This document shows positions 29,119-37,724 of a stretch of DNA of 64,000 nt, piece after piece (position 1 is the first letter of the stretch; each line of letters starts with the position of its first letter). The notes beneath the pieces were generated by a model, which saw only the letters and a program-made list of their open reading frames with translations, searched no databases and was not told where the DNA came from. Made by a program: the position numbers and the translations under genes. Source of the stretch: an uncultured virus (IMG/VR IMGVR_UViG_3300029288_000155) (lineage: Duplodnaviria; Heunggongvirae; Uroviricota; Caudoviricetes). The DNA lies in IMG/VR virus record IMGVR_UViG_3300029288_000155; one strand, given 5' to 3'.

Positions 29119-29784
29119 TTACTTTTTTTTAATATTTAATTGTTTAAGTTCATTTTCTTTAATATAAAAGTTATATAAGTTTCCTTTAGTTTTTGGAATT
29201 ATATTTTTTCTTAAGATATCTACACGATAGTTTTTTCTTTCTTCTTTGTTGATCAATATATCTTTTATATAAATGTATCCATGTATTTTCACATTTATTG
29301 TATCAGAAATTTTATCTTTTCCTAATCTAAAGTCTTTTTTAGATATATCTATTTCTTTGTTATCTTTAAAATATTTTGCTGATTCAATAGATGTAAATAC
29401 TATTATATCAGATTTATAATTTCTAAGATTTCCATGTTTATTAGTGGCATTTATATAAAATTCTCCAAATATTTTTTTATTTTGGTATAAATCTAATGGG
29501 AGATAAAGTTGGCATTTTACATCTATTTTTTTATTTTTATAAACAAAGTCATATCCGGGATCTCCATCATTGTATATTTCTTTATCTATATCTATATTTA
29601 ATATTTTAGACATAGATAGTTCCCCATAGAGTCCTAGTCTTTCAATATAATAATCATCGGAATCTGAGTTTGCTACTCCTTTTCTATAATTATTTTGTTG
29701 CCAACGAGAATTATAATATTTTCCTCTTTGTTTTGCAAGTTCATTTATGAAAGAAATATCTTGTTTATTTAGTGGAATTATCAT
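29119..29784 (-). CDS. Putative PD-(D/E)xK nuclease
   Basis: GE helix, DPGYDF and IDVK; directly upstream of the MTase. Confidence 0.5.
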   Translation of the reverse strand: MIIPLNKQDISFINELAKQRGKYYNSRWQQNNYRKGVANSDSDDYYIERLGLYGELSMSKILNIDIDKEIYNDGDPGYDFVYKNKKIDVKCQLYLPLDLYQNKKIFGEFYINATNKHGNLRNYKSDIIVFTSIESAKYFKDNKEIDISKKDFRLGKDKISDTINVKIHGYIYIKDILINKEERKNYRVDILRKNIIPKTKGNLYNFYIKENELKQLNIKKK

Positions 29785-29789
29785 TATTT

Positions 29790-30728
29790 CTAATATATTA
29801 TAGTAGAGGAAGTCATCCAGTATTTTTTTATAAATTGAAAATCGTGTAAATTTATTATTTCATCTTTATTTATATCGATATTTGATTCTCCTTCAAAAAG
29901 CCAATTTTCAAAGAATAGGCATAGATCATAAATATCCACAGTTCCATCTTTATTAAAATCTGAGGGGGGATTTAATTCAACAGAGGGGATTATTTCTTCA
30001 ATCCACTCATAATAAGATGCGATATTATGATCTTCAAATACTGCATTAGTAGGGCAAAAAGAGCTATATCCGGAACTATTAACAGAGACATGAATTCCTA
30101 TTAAGTAGAAAAATCCATCTTCATATAAAAATGAGCCTCCTCCAGAGTCATATTGAGATACAGAGCATTCATTAGATGTAATATTAATGGATTCTAATTC
30201 ATCAAAATCATAATACAATGAATTTCCAAGAATTGTTCTTACTTTATTTGTACCTAGTCTAAAATTTATATTTCCTTCATTTTTCCAATAATATCCACAA
30301 AATTGTTCATTTCTATAATAATTATCTCCTCTGCCCTTTCCGAATCCAGTAATGTATATTTCTTTTTCTAAAATAGATGTGTCTAGATTTTGTTTTAAAA
30401 TAGAAAAATTTGAAAAATTAGCATTATTTAATTTAGCAATAGTTATATCAAAGATAGGGTGTTTAAATATTTGAGATATTGAATAAGGGGTAGAATTTAT
30501 TTCTACAATTGTATTTATATCTCCTCCTTGGTGAGACGTAGTTATTATATATTCTGGATGGATTACGACACAAGAAGCATTATTTCCCCATCTACCAACT
30601 ATTTTTTTAAAATAATTGTTTATAGGAATATTATTGTTTTCTAGTTCTGGATATAAGATTATTCCAAAAGATAATGAATAGAAAAAAAGAATTAAAAAAA
30701 TAGAGGAAAAGATATTTTTTATTATCAA
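29790..30728 (-). CDS. Secreted trypsin-like serine protease with C-terminal dockerin/EF-hand-like repeats
   Basis: Signal peptide; ITTSH, DI, DSGGG triad; DFNKDGTVDIYDL and DINKDEIINLHDF. Confidence 0.8.
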   Translation of the reverse strand: MIIKNIFSSIFLILFFYSLSFGIILYPELENNNIPINNYFKKIVGRWGNNASCVVIHPEYIITTSHQGGDINTIVEINSTPYSISQIFKHPIFDITIAKLNNANFSNFSILKQNLDTSILEKEIYITGFGKGRGDNYYRNEQFCGYYWKNEGNINFRLGTNKVRTILGNSLYYDFDELESINITSNECSVSQYDSGGGSFLYEDGFFYLIGIHVSVNSSGYSSFCPTNAVFEDHNIASYYEWIEEIIPSVELNPPSDFNKDGTVDIYDLCLFFENWLFEGESNIDINKDEIINLHDFQFIKKYWMTSSTIIY

Positions 30729-30790
30729 AATTTTATCCTAAAAAAAGAATCTTTATTAAAAGTAAAATAGGGAATTAAATATTATTGTAT

Positions 30791-30819
30791 AATATATTTG
30801 ATTTTCAATAATTTGTCAA
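30791..30819 (-). promoter_or_regulatory. Canonical sigma70-type promoter
   Basis: TTGACA-N17-TATATT upstream of the protease-nuclease-MTase trio. Confidence 0.7.
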
Positions 30820-30828
30820 GTGAAAAGT

Positions 30829-31305
30829 TTATTTAATTTCAATATTATATATTTTCTCTGCTTTTTCAGTCACGTTGCAATTAGCTTCTACCATAGATTC
30901 GATATCTAAAACTAATTTAGCTGGAAGATAATTTGCTTTTAATAAATATAGGGCTTCTGCTCTATGTCCTCCTTCTAAAATATATAATCCTTGTTCATCC
31001 ATTACAACAATTAAAGGATTTATTTCATTAGATTGTTTTATTTGTTGAGCTAATAAATTTATTCTATTTATTTCTTGCATTGAATAGGATGTTCCAGAAA
31101 GAGAGAATTCAGACAAAGGAATATTTCTTATTCCTGGGACAATAATATAATCATTTAAAGAAGAAGCAATAGAAGACATATTTGGAATATCTTCTCTCAC
31201 AATTCTACTATCTGAATATCCATTGATTTTAGGATAGAATTGATCTAATTCTTCTGGAGAAAGAATAGTACAGTTATTATTTTGGGCTATTTTATACCAG
31301 TTCAT
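30829..31305 (-). CDS. MNWYK-tagged ParB/Sulfiredoxin-like domain protein
   Basis: INPLIV...ILEGGHRAEA. Confidence 0.8.
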   Translation of the reverse strand: MNWYKIAQNNNCTILSPEELDQFYPKINGYSDSRIVREDIPNMSSIASSLNDYIIVPGIRNIPLSEFSLSGTSYSMQEINRINLLAQQIKQSNEINPLIVVMDEQGLYILEGGHRAEALYLLKANYLPAKLVLDIESMVEANCNVTEKAEKIYNIEIK

Positions 31306-31862
31306 TTATTCCCCTTATCGTCTATATCGAACGCTTTAAGATTCCCATTTTTATCATACCCTAAATTTTCTGGTCTAATATCTGATGCCTCTATTCCTAA
31401 GTTTCTATATGCCCTATTAATATTTTCTAAATCATTAATAAAACTAGATAATTCTTGATATAATATTTTATCTTCGGAGGTTAATTCGTCTTCATCTAAA
31501 TATCCTAAGTATTGTATTTGCAATCCTTGTTGTTCTAATAAATTTTGAAGTTGATAAAATTTATTCTCAATATCTGTATTGTGTTCTAATTTTTCTTGTA
31601 ATATAAAATTATATCCATTAATTTTTTTTACATCATATATTTGAGCAAAATGGGTAGTATTTCTACCCATTAGACTTTTTGCAATCTCCACTTCGCTAGA
31701 AGAACTTGTAATTTTTAAAACTTGACCATTATCTGTTTCGTATGCTTCTCCAAAGTCTCCTTTTCCCATATAATGAAAAAAAGACAAGTCAACTCCAATA
31801 GATTTAGCATATAGTTCTAATGGAGACATATAGTTATTTTGCGATATTTTATACCAATTCAC
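31302..31862 (-). CDS. NWYK-tagged protein-kinase-like protein (GTG start)
   Basis: GKGDFGEAY Gly loop, VLKI, helix C Glu, DIRPEN, KAFD. Confidence 0.85.
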   Translation of the reverse strand: MNWYKISQNNYMSPLELYAKSIGVDLSFFHYMGKGDFGEAYETDNGQVLKITSSSSEVEIAKSLMGRNTTHFAQIYDVKKINGYNFILQEKLEHNTDIENKFYQLQNLLEQQGLQIQYLGYLDEDELTSEDKILYQELSSFINDLENINRAYRNLGIEASDIRPENLGYDKNGNLKAFDIDDKGNK

Positions 31863-31933
31863 AGTGTTGCCCTATTTTTTAAATAAATTTTTAAATGATT
31901 TTGATAATTTAGAATCATAATAGTTAACTTTGT

Positions 31934-32476
31934 TTAAATATTTATATCTTCATCAATAATTTTTTCGTATTCTGGGTATTTATCTGTTAATTCTCCTAAT
32001 TTTTCAGCAAAAATTTGAGAACCTACTTGGTCTGATTTATATTTAAACATTTCTTTTAACAATGATAAATAATATTTTTTAAAACTTTCATAATCATTAA
32101 AATCTGGAGTAACAGAAGAAATTTTTTTATTGAATGTAGATATTATTTCGTTGTAACCTTTTTTATTAAAATATTTATTTACAAATTTTTGTCCTTCATT
32201 TGTAGGAGAGCCATATTCTATAGGATATCCTTTATACTTATTTTTTAAAAAATCTATTAATTGTGTTGCAACTCCTTGTCTTTTAAATTCATTTTCAGTT
32301 CTTAGCATAATAATATAGACCTGTTTTTCTATATTATTTAGAGTATAAGTAACGTGTCCCACTTCAGTATAATTGGGTAAAAAAGCGGATATTCTCCTAT
32401 ACTCGCCTATCCCCCCTCCAGAGAGACCATCTTCGAAAATTAAATTCATTTTTTGACTTTTTTTATACCAATTCAT
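31934..32476 (-). CDS. MNWYK-tagged GNAT acetyltransferase
   Basis: FKRQGVATQL motif A and TNEGQKF. Confidence 0.82.
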   Translation of the reverse strand: MNWYKKSQKMNLIFEDGLSGGGIGEYRRISAFLPNYTEVGHVTYTLNNIEKQVYIIMLRTENEFKRQGVATQLIDFLKNKYKGYPIEYGSPTNEGQKFVNKYFNKKGYNEIISTFNKKISSVTPDFNDYESFKKYYLSLLKEMFKYKSDQVGSQIFAEKLGELTDKYPEYEKIIDEDINI

Positions 32477-33264
32477 TTTTCTAATACCTTCAAAAATTGA
32501 GGAGGAATCGTATTTAAAAATATAATAGTATCATCAGACAGTCCATCTGAAGAGTAACTTTCTTCAAAATTCATATTCTCGACATCTAATAAATACGCTA
32601 ATGAATTCAATGCTTCTGAATCTTCTAATGGACTTTCTTGTTTTACGGTAGGCATATAATTAGATTGTTTCATTTTTCCAACATCTATTTCAATTACAAC
32701 ATTGTAATAATTATAGGCTGTTTCTGAATCTGGGCTTGTATAAACTCCATCTGGGTCATATTGATTAGACATCCCCCTTGTTTCCGACCTAGGAACCAGC
32801 CCTTCTTTCATAATATTTTCTATATTTTCTTCAGATGTTCCATGGTAAAGTTTAAATCCTGGATAAGCGTTATCCCAAAATTCTTGATTCATATCTACTT
32901 CTTTAACATACTGCCAAACATTATCACCTAAATCATAGAGCCATTCTTTAGAATTTTCTATACTAAAAGGATATTCTAAAAATATTAAACCAGTGTTATT
33001 TCCTTCATAATTATAAATTTTTATAGCTTTTTGACCCATAGGAAATTGGATATAATCATATTCGAACCCATTTTGCTCTATTATATACTCTACTTCTTTT
33101 ATATTCACTGCGTTTTCTATATCTTCCTTTAGATCTCCTGAAATTACAGGAAGTCTTGGATTGTCTTCTTTAGGCTGATTATAATATGGCTCTGGTTGTT
33201 GTTCTAACTTAGGATCATCGTTCCATAAATATTGTTGAGTTTGTGCTAATTTATACCAATTCAT
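32473..33264 (-). CDS. MNWYK-tagged protein with C-terminal ART-fold (Tpt1/KptA-like) domain
   Basis: Start reassigned to MNWYKLAQ at 33264; LYHGTS...IMKEGL, GVYTS, IPPQFL. Confidence 0.72.
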   Translation of the reverse strand: MNWYKLAQTQQYLWNDDPKLEQQPEPYYNQPKEDNPRLPVISGDLKEDIENAVNIKEVEYIIEQNGFEYDYIQFPMGQKAIKIYNYEGNNTGLIFLEYPFSIENSKEWLYDLGDNVWQYVKEVDMNQEFWDNAYPGFKLYHGTSEENIENIMKEGLVPRSETRGMSNQYDPDGVYTSPDSETAYNYYNVVIEIDVGKMKQSNYMPTVKQESPLEDSEALNSLAYLLDVENMNFEESYSSDGLSDDTIIFLNTIPPQFLKVLEK

Positions 33265-33265
33265 T

Positions 33266-33577
33266 TTAAATATTCCTATAAAAATAATGAATATCTTTAT
33301 TAATATCATAAATCCATACAATATTTTCTGAAATATTTTTTTCACATTCAAAATTAGAAGGATTTTGTAATATTTGTATTTTTTGTTGAGAAGGAACAAA
33401 AGGAATTATTTCTTTTATATTCCATGGTTTTACATCTTCATTATTTTCGTCAATCATTTGCGCCATTTCTGTTGCATCCCATATTCCTAGAATATCAACT
33501 GTATCTTTACAATTTCCAATATATTCATATTTTGTTTGTGCTATTTTTTTAAATTTAGTTTTTTTATACCAATTCAT
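33266..33577 (-). CDS. MNWYK-tagged hypothetical protein
   Basis: MNWYKKTKFKKIAQ start. Confidence 0.75.
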   Translation of the reverse strand: MNWYKKTKFKKIAQTKYEYIGNCKDTVDILGIWDATEMAQMIDENNEDVKPWNIKEIIPFVPSQQKIQILQNPSNFECEKNISENIVWIYDINKDIHYFYRNI

Positions 33578-33597
33578 TATATAATTAAATCCTCTTT

Positions 33598-33963
33598 TTA
33601 ATGATAAACATAAATTTTTTCTGCTTTAGGGAATTTTTGTTGAAGTAATCTAATAATAGTATTTGGAACACCTCTATTTTGTTTCATAATATTATATGGG
33701 ATGTTTACAGAAATTATTTTATATCTTGGGTCGTATCTTCCAGAAAGATGAGCCGATGGCTCAAACTCTTCTTCGAAGGCGGTATTGTGATCTGATACTT
33801 CGTTAGATTCTGGAACAGTAAGTATTTGTCCGTTTATATATGCCCACATAATATTAGGATTTTTTGTTTTTATATCTTTAAAAAGAGGAGCATGTCCTAT
33901 TTCTAGATAGGATTTATCTTTGGGGTCTTCTATAATTTGCTGTGCTTTTTTATACCAGTTCAT
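33598..33963 (-). CDS. MNWYK-tagged hypothetical protein
   Basis: MNWYKKAQ start. Confidence 0.75.
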   Translation of the reverse strand: MNWYKKAQQIIEDPKDKSYLEIGHAPLFKDIKTKNPNIMWAYINGQILTVPESNEVSDHNTAFEEEFEPSAHLSGRYDPRYKIISVNIPYNIMKQNRGVPNTIIRLLQQKFPKAEKIYVYH

Positions 33964-33966
33964 AAA

Positions 33967-35028
33967 CTATCCTTGTGAGACGAACATATCTCTTATCCCA
34001 TTCATTTGATTTTCAAAAATATAAGCTTTATCGTCATCTATATCAGAATGTAAAAATCCAACTATATCTTTAGCCGGATATTTTAATCTTCCATTATTGT
34101 ATCTTACAGTTACATAAAAATCTCCCCATTTATTATATGCTTTTTCTATCATATCTTCATTTATAAATTTCCCCATTCCCTCTTTTTTAGGATCAATATC
34201 AAGAAAATATTCATACTGTCTCATTTTTTGTTCTTCTGTCATTTGTGGTTGAGAGTTATAAACTTCGTTCATAGCTTTTTCCATTGTTTGAGAAAATTCT
34301 TCTTCTGATGCATATTCTGTCCAATACCAATTTTTTAATATTTCTGAGCTATTTTTAATTACTTCATTATTTGCATTGTTATTTTTTAATTCTTTTTGAA
34401 GAAAGATTATTGCTTCTTTTAAATCCATTGTTCCGATTATTATATTGGACTTAGCTTCTTCTAGTGATTCACTATGAAATTTTTCTATAATTTTTTCAGA
34501 TTTTTTAATTTCTAATTTTCTAGCTGTATTTTCTTTTATAAGATTTGTTTCATTTTCTAAAAAATTCATATTTTGTCTTGATAGCGATGCTTTTTCAACA
34601 TTTTCTGTTCTAATTAAATTAAAATTTTCATCTATTTTATATAAGGTTGGAACCACAATTCCATTTTTTGTTTCTTCATTATCAAATCCACTTTTTTGAA
34701 TATAAATATCTACATCTATTCCTATTTTTTTTCCATAACTGTCAGCCCATGACTGTATCTGTAAAAAATGTTCTTTATTATTGATTATATTTTCTCCCCA
34801 TACAATAGCGTATATATAAGGGGCATATTTAAATAAGTTTTTTATATTTCGAAAAGAGGAACCGACTTTAATATCTTTTGTTATTATAGATAATTTATTA
34901 TATAATTTAACAAGAAAATCTATAGAGTTATAGGAATAATTAATAAGTTTTTCAATTTCTTCAAAAGATAGATTTTTTGGATCTGATTCTAAAAAGTTAT
35001 CTTTATTTGCTTTTTTATACCAATTCAT
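33967..35028 (-). CDS. MNWYK-tagged hypothetical protein
   Basis: MNWYKKAN start, 353 aa. Confidence 0.78.
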   Translation of the reverse strand: MNWYKKANKDNFLESDPKNLSFEEIEKLINYSYNSIDFLVKLYNKLSIITKDIKVGSSFRNIKNLFKYAPYIYAIVWGENIINNKEHFLQIQSWADSYGKKIGIDVDIYIQKSGFDNEETKNGIVVPTLYKIDENFNLIRTENVEKASLSRQNMNFLENETNLIKENTARKLEIKKSEKIIEKFHSESLEEAKSNIIIGTMDLKEAIIFLQKELKNNNANNEVIKNSSEILKNWYWTEYASEEEFSQTMEKAMNEVYNSQPQMTEEQKMRQYEYFLDIDPKKEGMGKFINEDMIEKAYNKWGDFYVTVRYNNGRLKYPAKDIVGFLHSDIDDDKAYIFENQMNGIRDMFVSQG

Positions 35029-35037
35029 AAACTTTCC

Positions 35038-35463
35038 TTATTTCCTTATTTCGGCCATATCATATATCCAGGAATATCCACTACAACTTCCTTCCACAGA
35101 TAAACATTCTTTATTATATTTTTTTAATATTTTATATAAATTTTTTATACACATTTTTCCATATTTATCTTCCCAAATTACTATTTTTCTATCTGAATCT
35201 TCTGCCCAAGAATTTCCATTCCACATTGCTATTTTATATATTCTACAAAAATAACTAATAGCTTTAGTTCTTTCCCATTCATTATCTATTTCCTTATTAA
35301 TCACTTCTTCACATTTCCTTATAGACTTTTCACTAAACAATTTTAAATATGTTTCTCTATAGGGGAAATTAATATTATTTAAATATTCTCTTCTAACAAA
35401 TTCTTTATTATTTTTCATTGTTTTTTTTACTTTTTTGATTCTGTCTAATATTATTGCCATCAC
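35038..35463 (-). CDS. Hypothetical protein
   Basis: 141-aa ORF, GAGG RBS. Confidence 0.6.
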   Translation of the reverse strand: MMAIILDRIKKVKKTMKNNKEFVRREYLNNINFPYRETYLKLFSEKSIRKCEEVINKEIDNEWERTKAISYFCRIYKIAMWNGNSWAEDSDRKIVIWEDKYGKMCIKNLYKILKKYNKECLSVEGSCSGYSWIYDMAEIRK

Positions 35464-35485
35464 TAATCTACCTCAAGAGCAATAT

Positions 35486-35515
35486 TTAAAATTTGTTTTT
35501 TTTATACCAATTCAT
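35486..35515 (-). pseudogene. Tag-only mini-ORF MNWYKKNKF*
   Basis: ATG AAT TGG TAT AAA AAA AAC AAA TTT TAA. Confidence 0.6.
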
Positions 35516-35546
35516 ATAAATTCTCTTTTTTATAAATTCTATTTTT

Positions 35547-35894
35547 TTATAGTTTAGCCAAATTATACCAATTTTTAGAAGATGATTCCTTCATATGATC
35601 TTGAGTTTCTTTTCTTCCATCTTCTATTAGGGAAATTTCTTTTTCTCCAGCTATTTTATCTAAATATTCTTGGAATTCTCCTACATGTTTTTTTTCTTCA
35701 TCTGCTACGTGTATAAATATTGTTTTTGCCACTTGGTCATCAGTAGCATTTGCATATGCTTCATATAAGACTATAGCATCTTCTTCTGCTATTATAGATT
35801 GTCTTAATGCAGCAATAAGTTCTTCTTTTGTTAGTTTATCTTTAGGGATTTTTACTAAGAAAGGGTTTGTAATTTCTGCTGACATTTTTTTCAT
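35547..35894 (-). CDS. Ferritin-like/rubrerythrin-like di-iron protein with C-terminal NWY motif
   Basis: AEEDAIVLY and DEEKKHVGE iron ligands; ends KNWYNLAKL. Confidence 0.85.
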   Translation of the reverse strand: MKKMSAEITNPFLVKIPKDKLTKEELIAALRQSIIAEEDAIVLYEAYANATDDQVAKTIFIHVADEEKKHVGEFQEYLDKIAGEKEISLIEDGRKETQDHMKESSSKNWYNLAKL

Positions 35895-35905
35895 AATATT
35901 CTCCT

Positions 35906-36415
35906 TTATTTTCCTTTTATATTTACTATTAGAACAGGAATTTTAGAAACATTTAATTCTTTAGCCAATAATGCTCGATGGAACCCCTCTTGATCTCCAT
36001 ATTCTTTTCCGTAGTAAATAATAAAAGGCATTGGGGGTTTAGACCCTTCCATCCACATTTTTTTATATTTATTAATTTTTTCTGGGTTATTTCTCATATC
36101 TAAAATCATTTTTTTGTATTTATCAATTGTTACGGATGGATTTAGTTTTTGAAAATTTAAAAAACCCTCTGACACACATTTATCTATATATTCTTCTGGA
36201 GACATCCATACTATTTCAGAAGAAACTCCTTTAACATCTTTCATATATTCTTTTTGAGTCAATTGTTTTAAGGTATTTGTTTTATGATCATAATGCGGTA
36301 TTAATTTTTTACTTTCTCCAATTGTTTGATCATAATAGGGGAAATCAGTAGTTTTTGTATTAAACTCTAATGGATTTCCTAGGTTATCTTTTTGAGATTT
36401 TTTATACCAATTCAT
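35906..36415 (-). CDS. MNWYK-tagged ParB/Sulfiredoxin-like domain protein
   Basis: Start reassigned to MNWYKKSQ; MSPEEY, PMP, QEGFHRAL, IPVLIV. Confidence 0.75.
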   Translation of the reverse strand: MNWYKKSQKDNLGNPLEFNTKTTDFPYYDQTIGESKKLIPHYDHKTNTLKQLTQKEYMKDVKGVSSEIVWMSPEEYIDKCVSEGFLNFQKLNPSVTIDKYKKMILDMRNNPEKINKYKKMWMEGSKPPMPFIIYYGKEYGDQEGFHRALLAKELNVSKIPVLIVNIKGK

Positions 36416-36552
36416 TATTTTTATCCTATTTTTAAATAATAACATATTATATTATAATAATCTACAATAAATCCTTGTTTTTTAAAGGATAACATACGAT
36501 TTAATATAATGTTTATTTTTAATCTAAAAAATAAACATAAGGAGTTTTTAAT

Positions 36553-37641
36553 TTGGAAGATCTCTCTTTTTACAAAAATCTTGTTGAAAATCATGGTTCT
36601 CCTTTAATAATATTCTATAAGAATAGACTAATTAAAAATTATAATAATTTAAAAAATGCATTACCTAATGTTGTTATTCATTATGCTATAAAAAGCAATT
36701 CTAATCCACTTATCGTAAAAACTCTTAATGATATTGGCAGTTCTTTTGATGTTGCTAGTTCTACAGAGCTTAAATATTGTTTAAAAGACAACGTTCCAAT
36801 ATCAAATATTCTTTATACTCATCCTATAAAAACAAAAGAAGAAATTCTATTTTTTAAAAATAACAAAATAAATACATTTGTAATAGATAATATTTCAGAA
36901 ATAGAAAAATTGAGTGAAAATGATAATATTTTGATTAGAATAAAGCCTGTAAATATAGATTGTAAGCATAATTTGTCTAAAAAATTTGGATGTGATATAA
37001 GTGATATTTTTAATATTTCTAATAAAATAAGACAAAATAATATGAATTTAATTGGGATATGTTTTCATGTTGGATCACAAACATTAAATCCAACTCCTTA
37101 TTTATCTACATTAAAAATACTAGTAAATATATATAAAAAACTAGAAAAAAGTGGATTTAATTTATCAATTTTAGATATTGGAGGAGGATTTCCTAATTCT
37201 TGGGATAATAAAGTAGATATATTTGAATTTTGTTCTCCTATTAGAGAATATCTTAAAAACTTTGATAAATATAAAATAATAGCAGAACCAGGAAGATTTT
37301 TAGTATCTGATACATGTGAGTCTATTTTTTCAATTATTGGAAAAAATTATAGAAATAATAAGCTTTGGTATTATGTAGATGAGGGGATTTATAATAGCTT
37401 TTCAGATATTATTTATGATAAAATCTCATATCCAATTTATGATTTATATAAGCAAGAAAAAGAAATTTGTATTTTAGCTGGTCAAACTTGCGATAGTATA
37501 GATGTTATATGTAAAAATATACAATTATCTAATAATTTAAATTATGGAGATATACTAATTTCCTCAGATATTGGAGCGTATAGTTCAGAATGTGCTTCTT
37601 CTTTTAATGGGTTTTTAAAAACGAAATATGTAGGGGTTTAA
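36553..37641 (+). CDS. Group IV (alanine-racemase fold) PLP-dependent ornithine/lysine decarboxylase
   Basis: HYAIKSN, FDVAS, KFG, FHVGSQ, DIGGG, EPGR, GQTCDSID, GAY; TTG start with AGGAG RBS. Confidence 0.92.
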   Translation: MEDLSFYKNLVENHGSPLIIFYKNRLIKNYNNLKNALPNVVIHYAIKSNSNPLIVKTLNDIGSSFDVASSTELKYCLKDNVPISNILYTHPIKTKEEILFFKNNKINTFVIDNISEIEKLSENDNILIRIKPVNIDCKHNLSKKFGCDISDIFNISNKIRQNNMNLIGICFHVGSQTLNPTPYLSTLKILVNIYKKLEKSGFNLSILDIGGGFPNSWDNKVDIFEFCSPIREYLKNFDKYKIIAEPGRFLVSDTCESIFSIIGKNYRNNKLWYYVDEGIYNSFSDIIYDKISYPIYDLYKQEKEICILAGQTCDSIDVICKNIQLSNNLNYGDILISSDIGAYSSECASSFNGFLKTKYVGV

Positions 37642-37724
37642 CTATATTTTAAAAAATAAAGGAAATATATTAAAAAAATACAATAAAAAACGTAATAAAA
37701 TTATATTTAAAGGATAGAAAAAAT

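Noticed and set aside
32473..33399. ORF-track N-terminal extensions (33399, also 25552 and 36445)
   Set aside because: They overlap upstream genes or leader DNA. The MNWYK ATGs at 33264, 25531 and 36415 match the family start.
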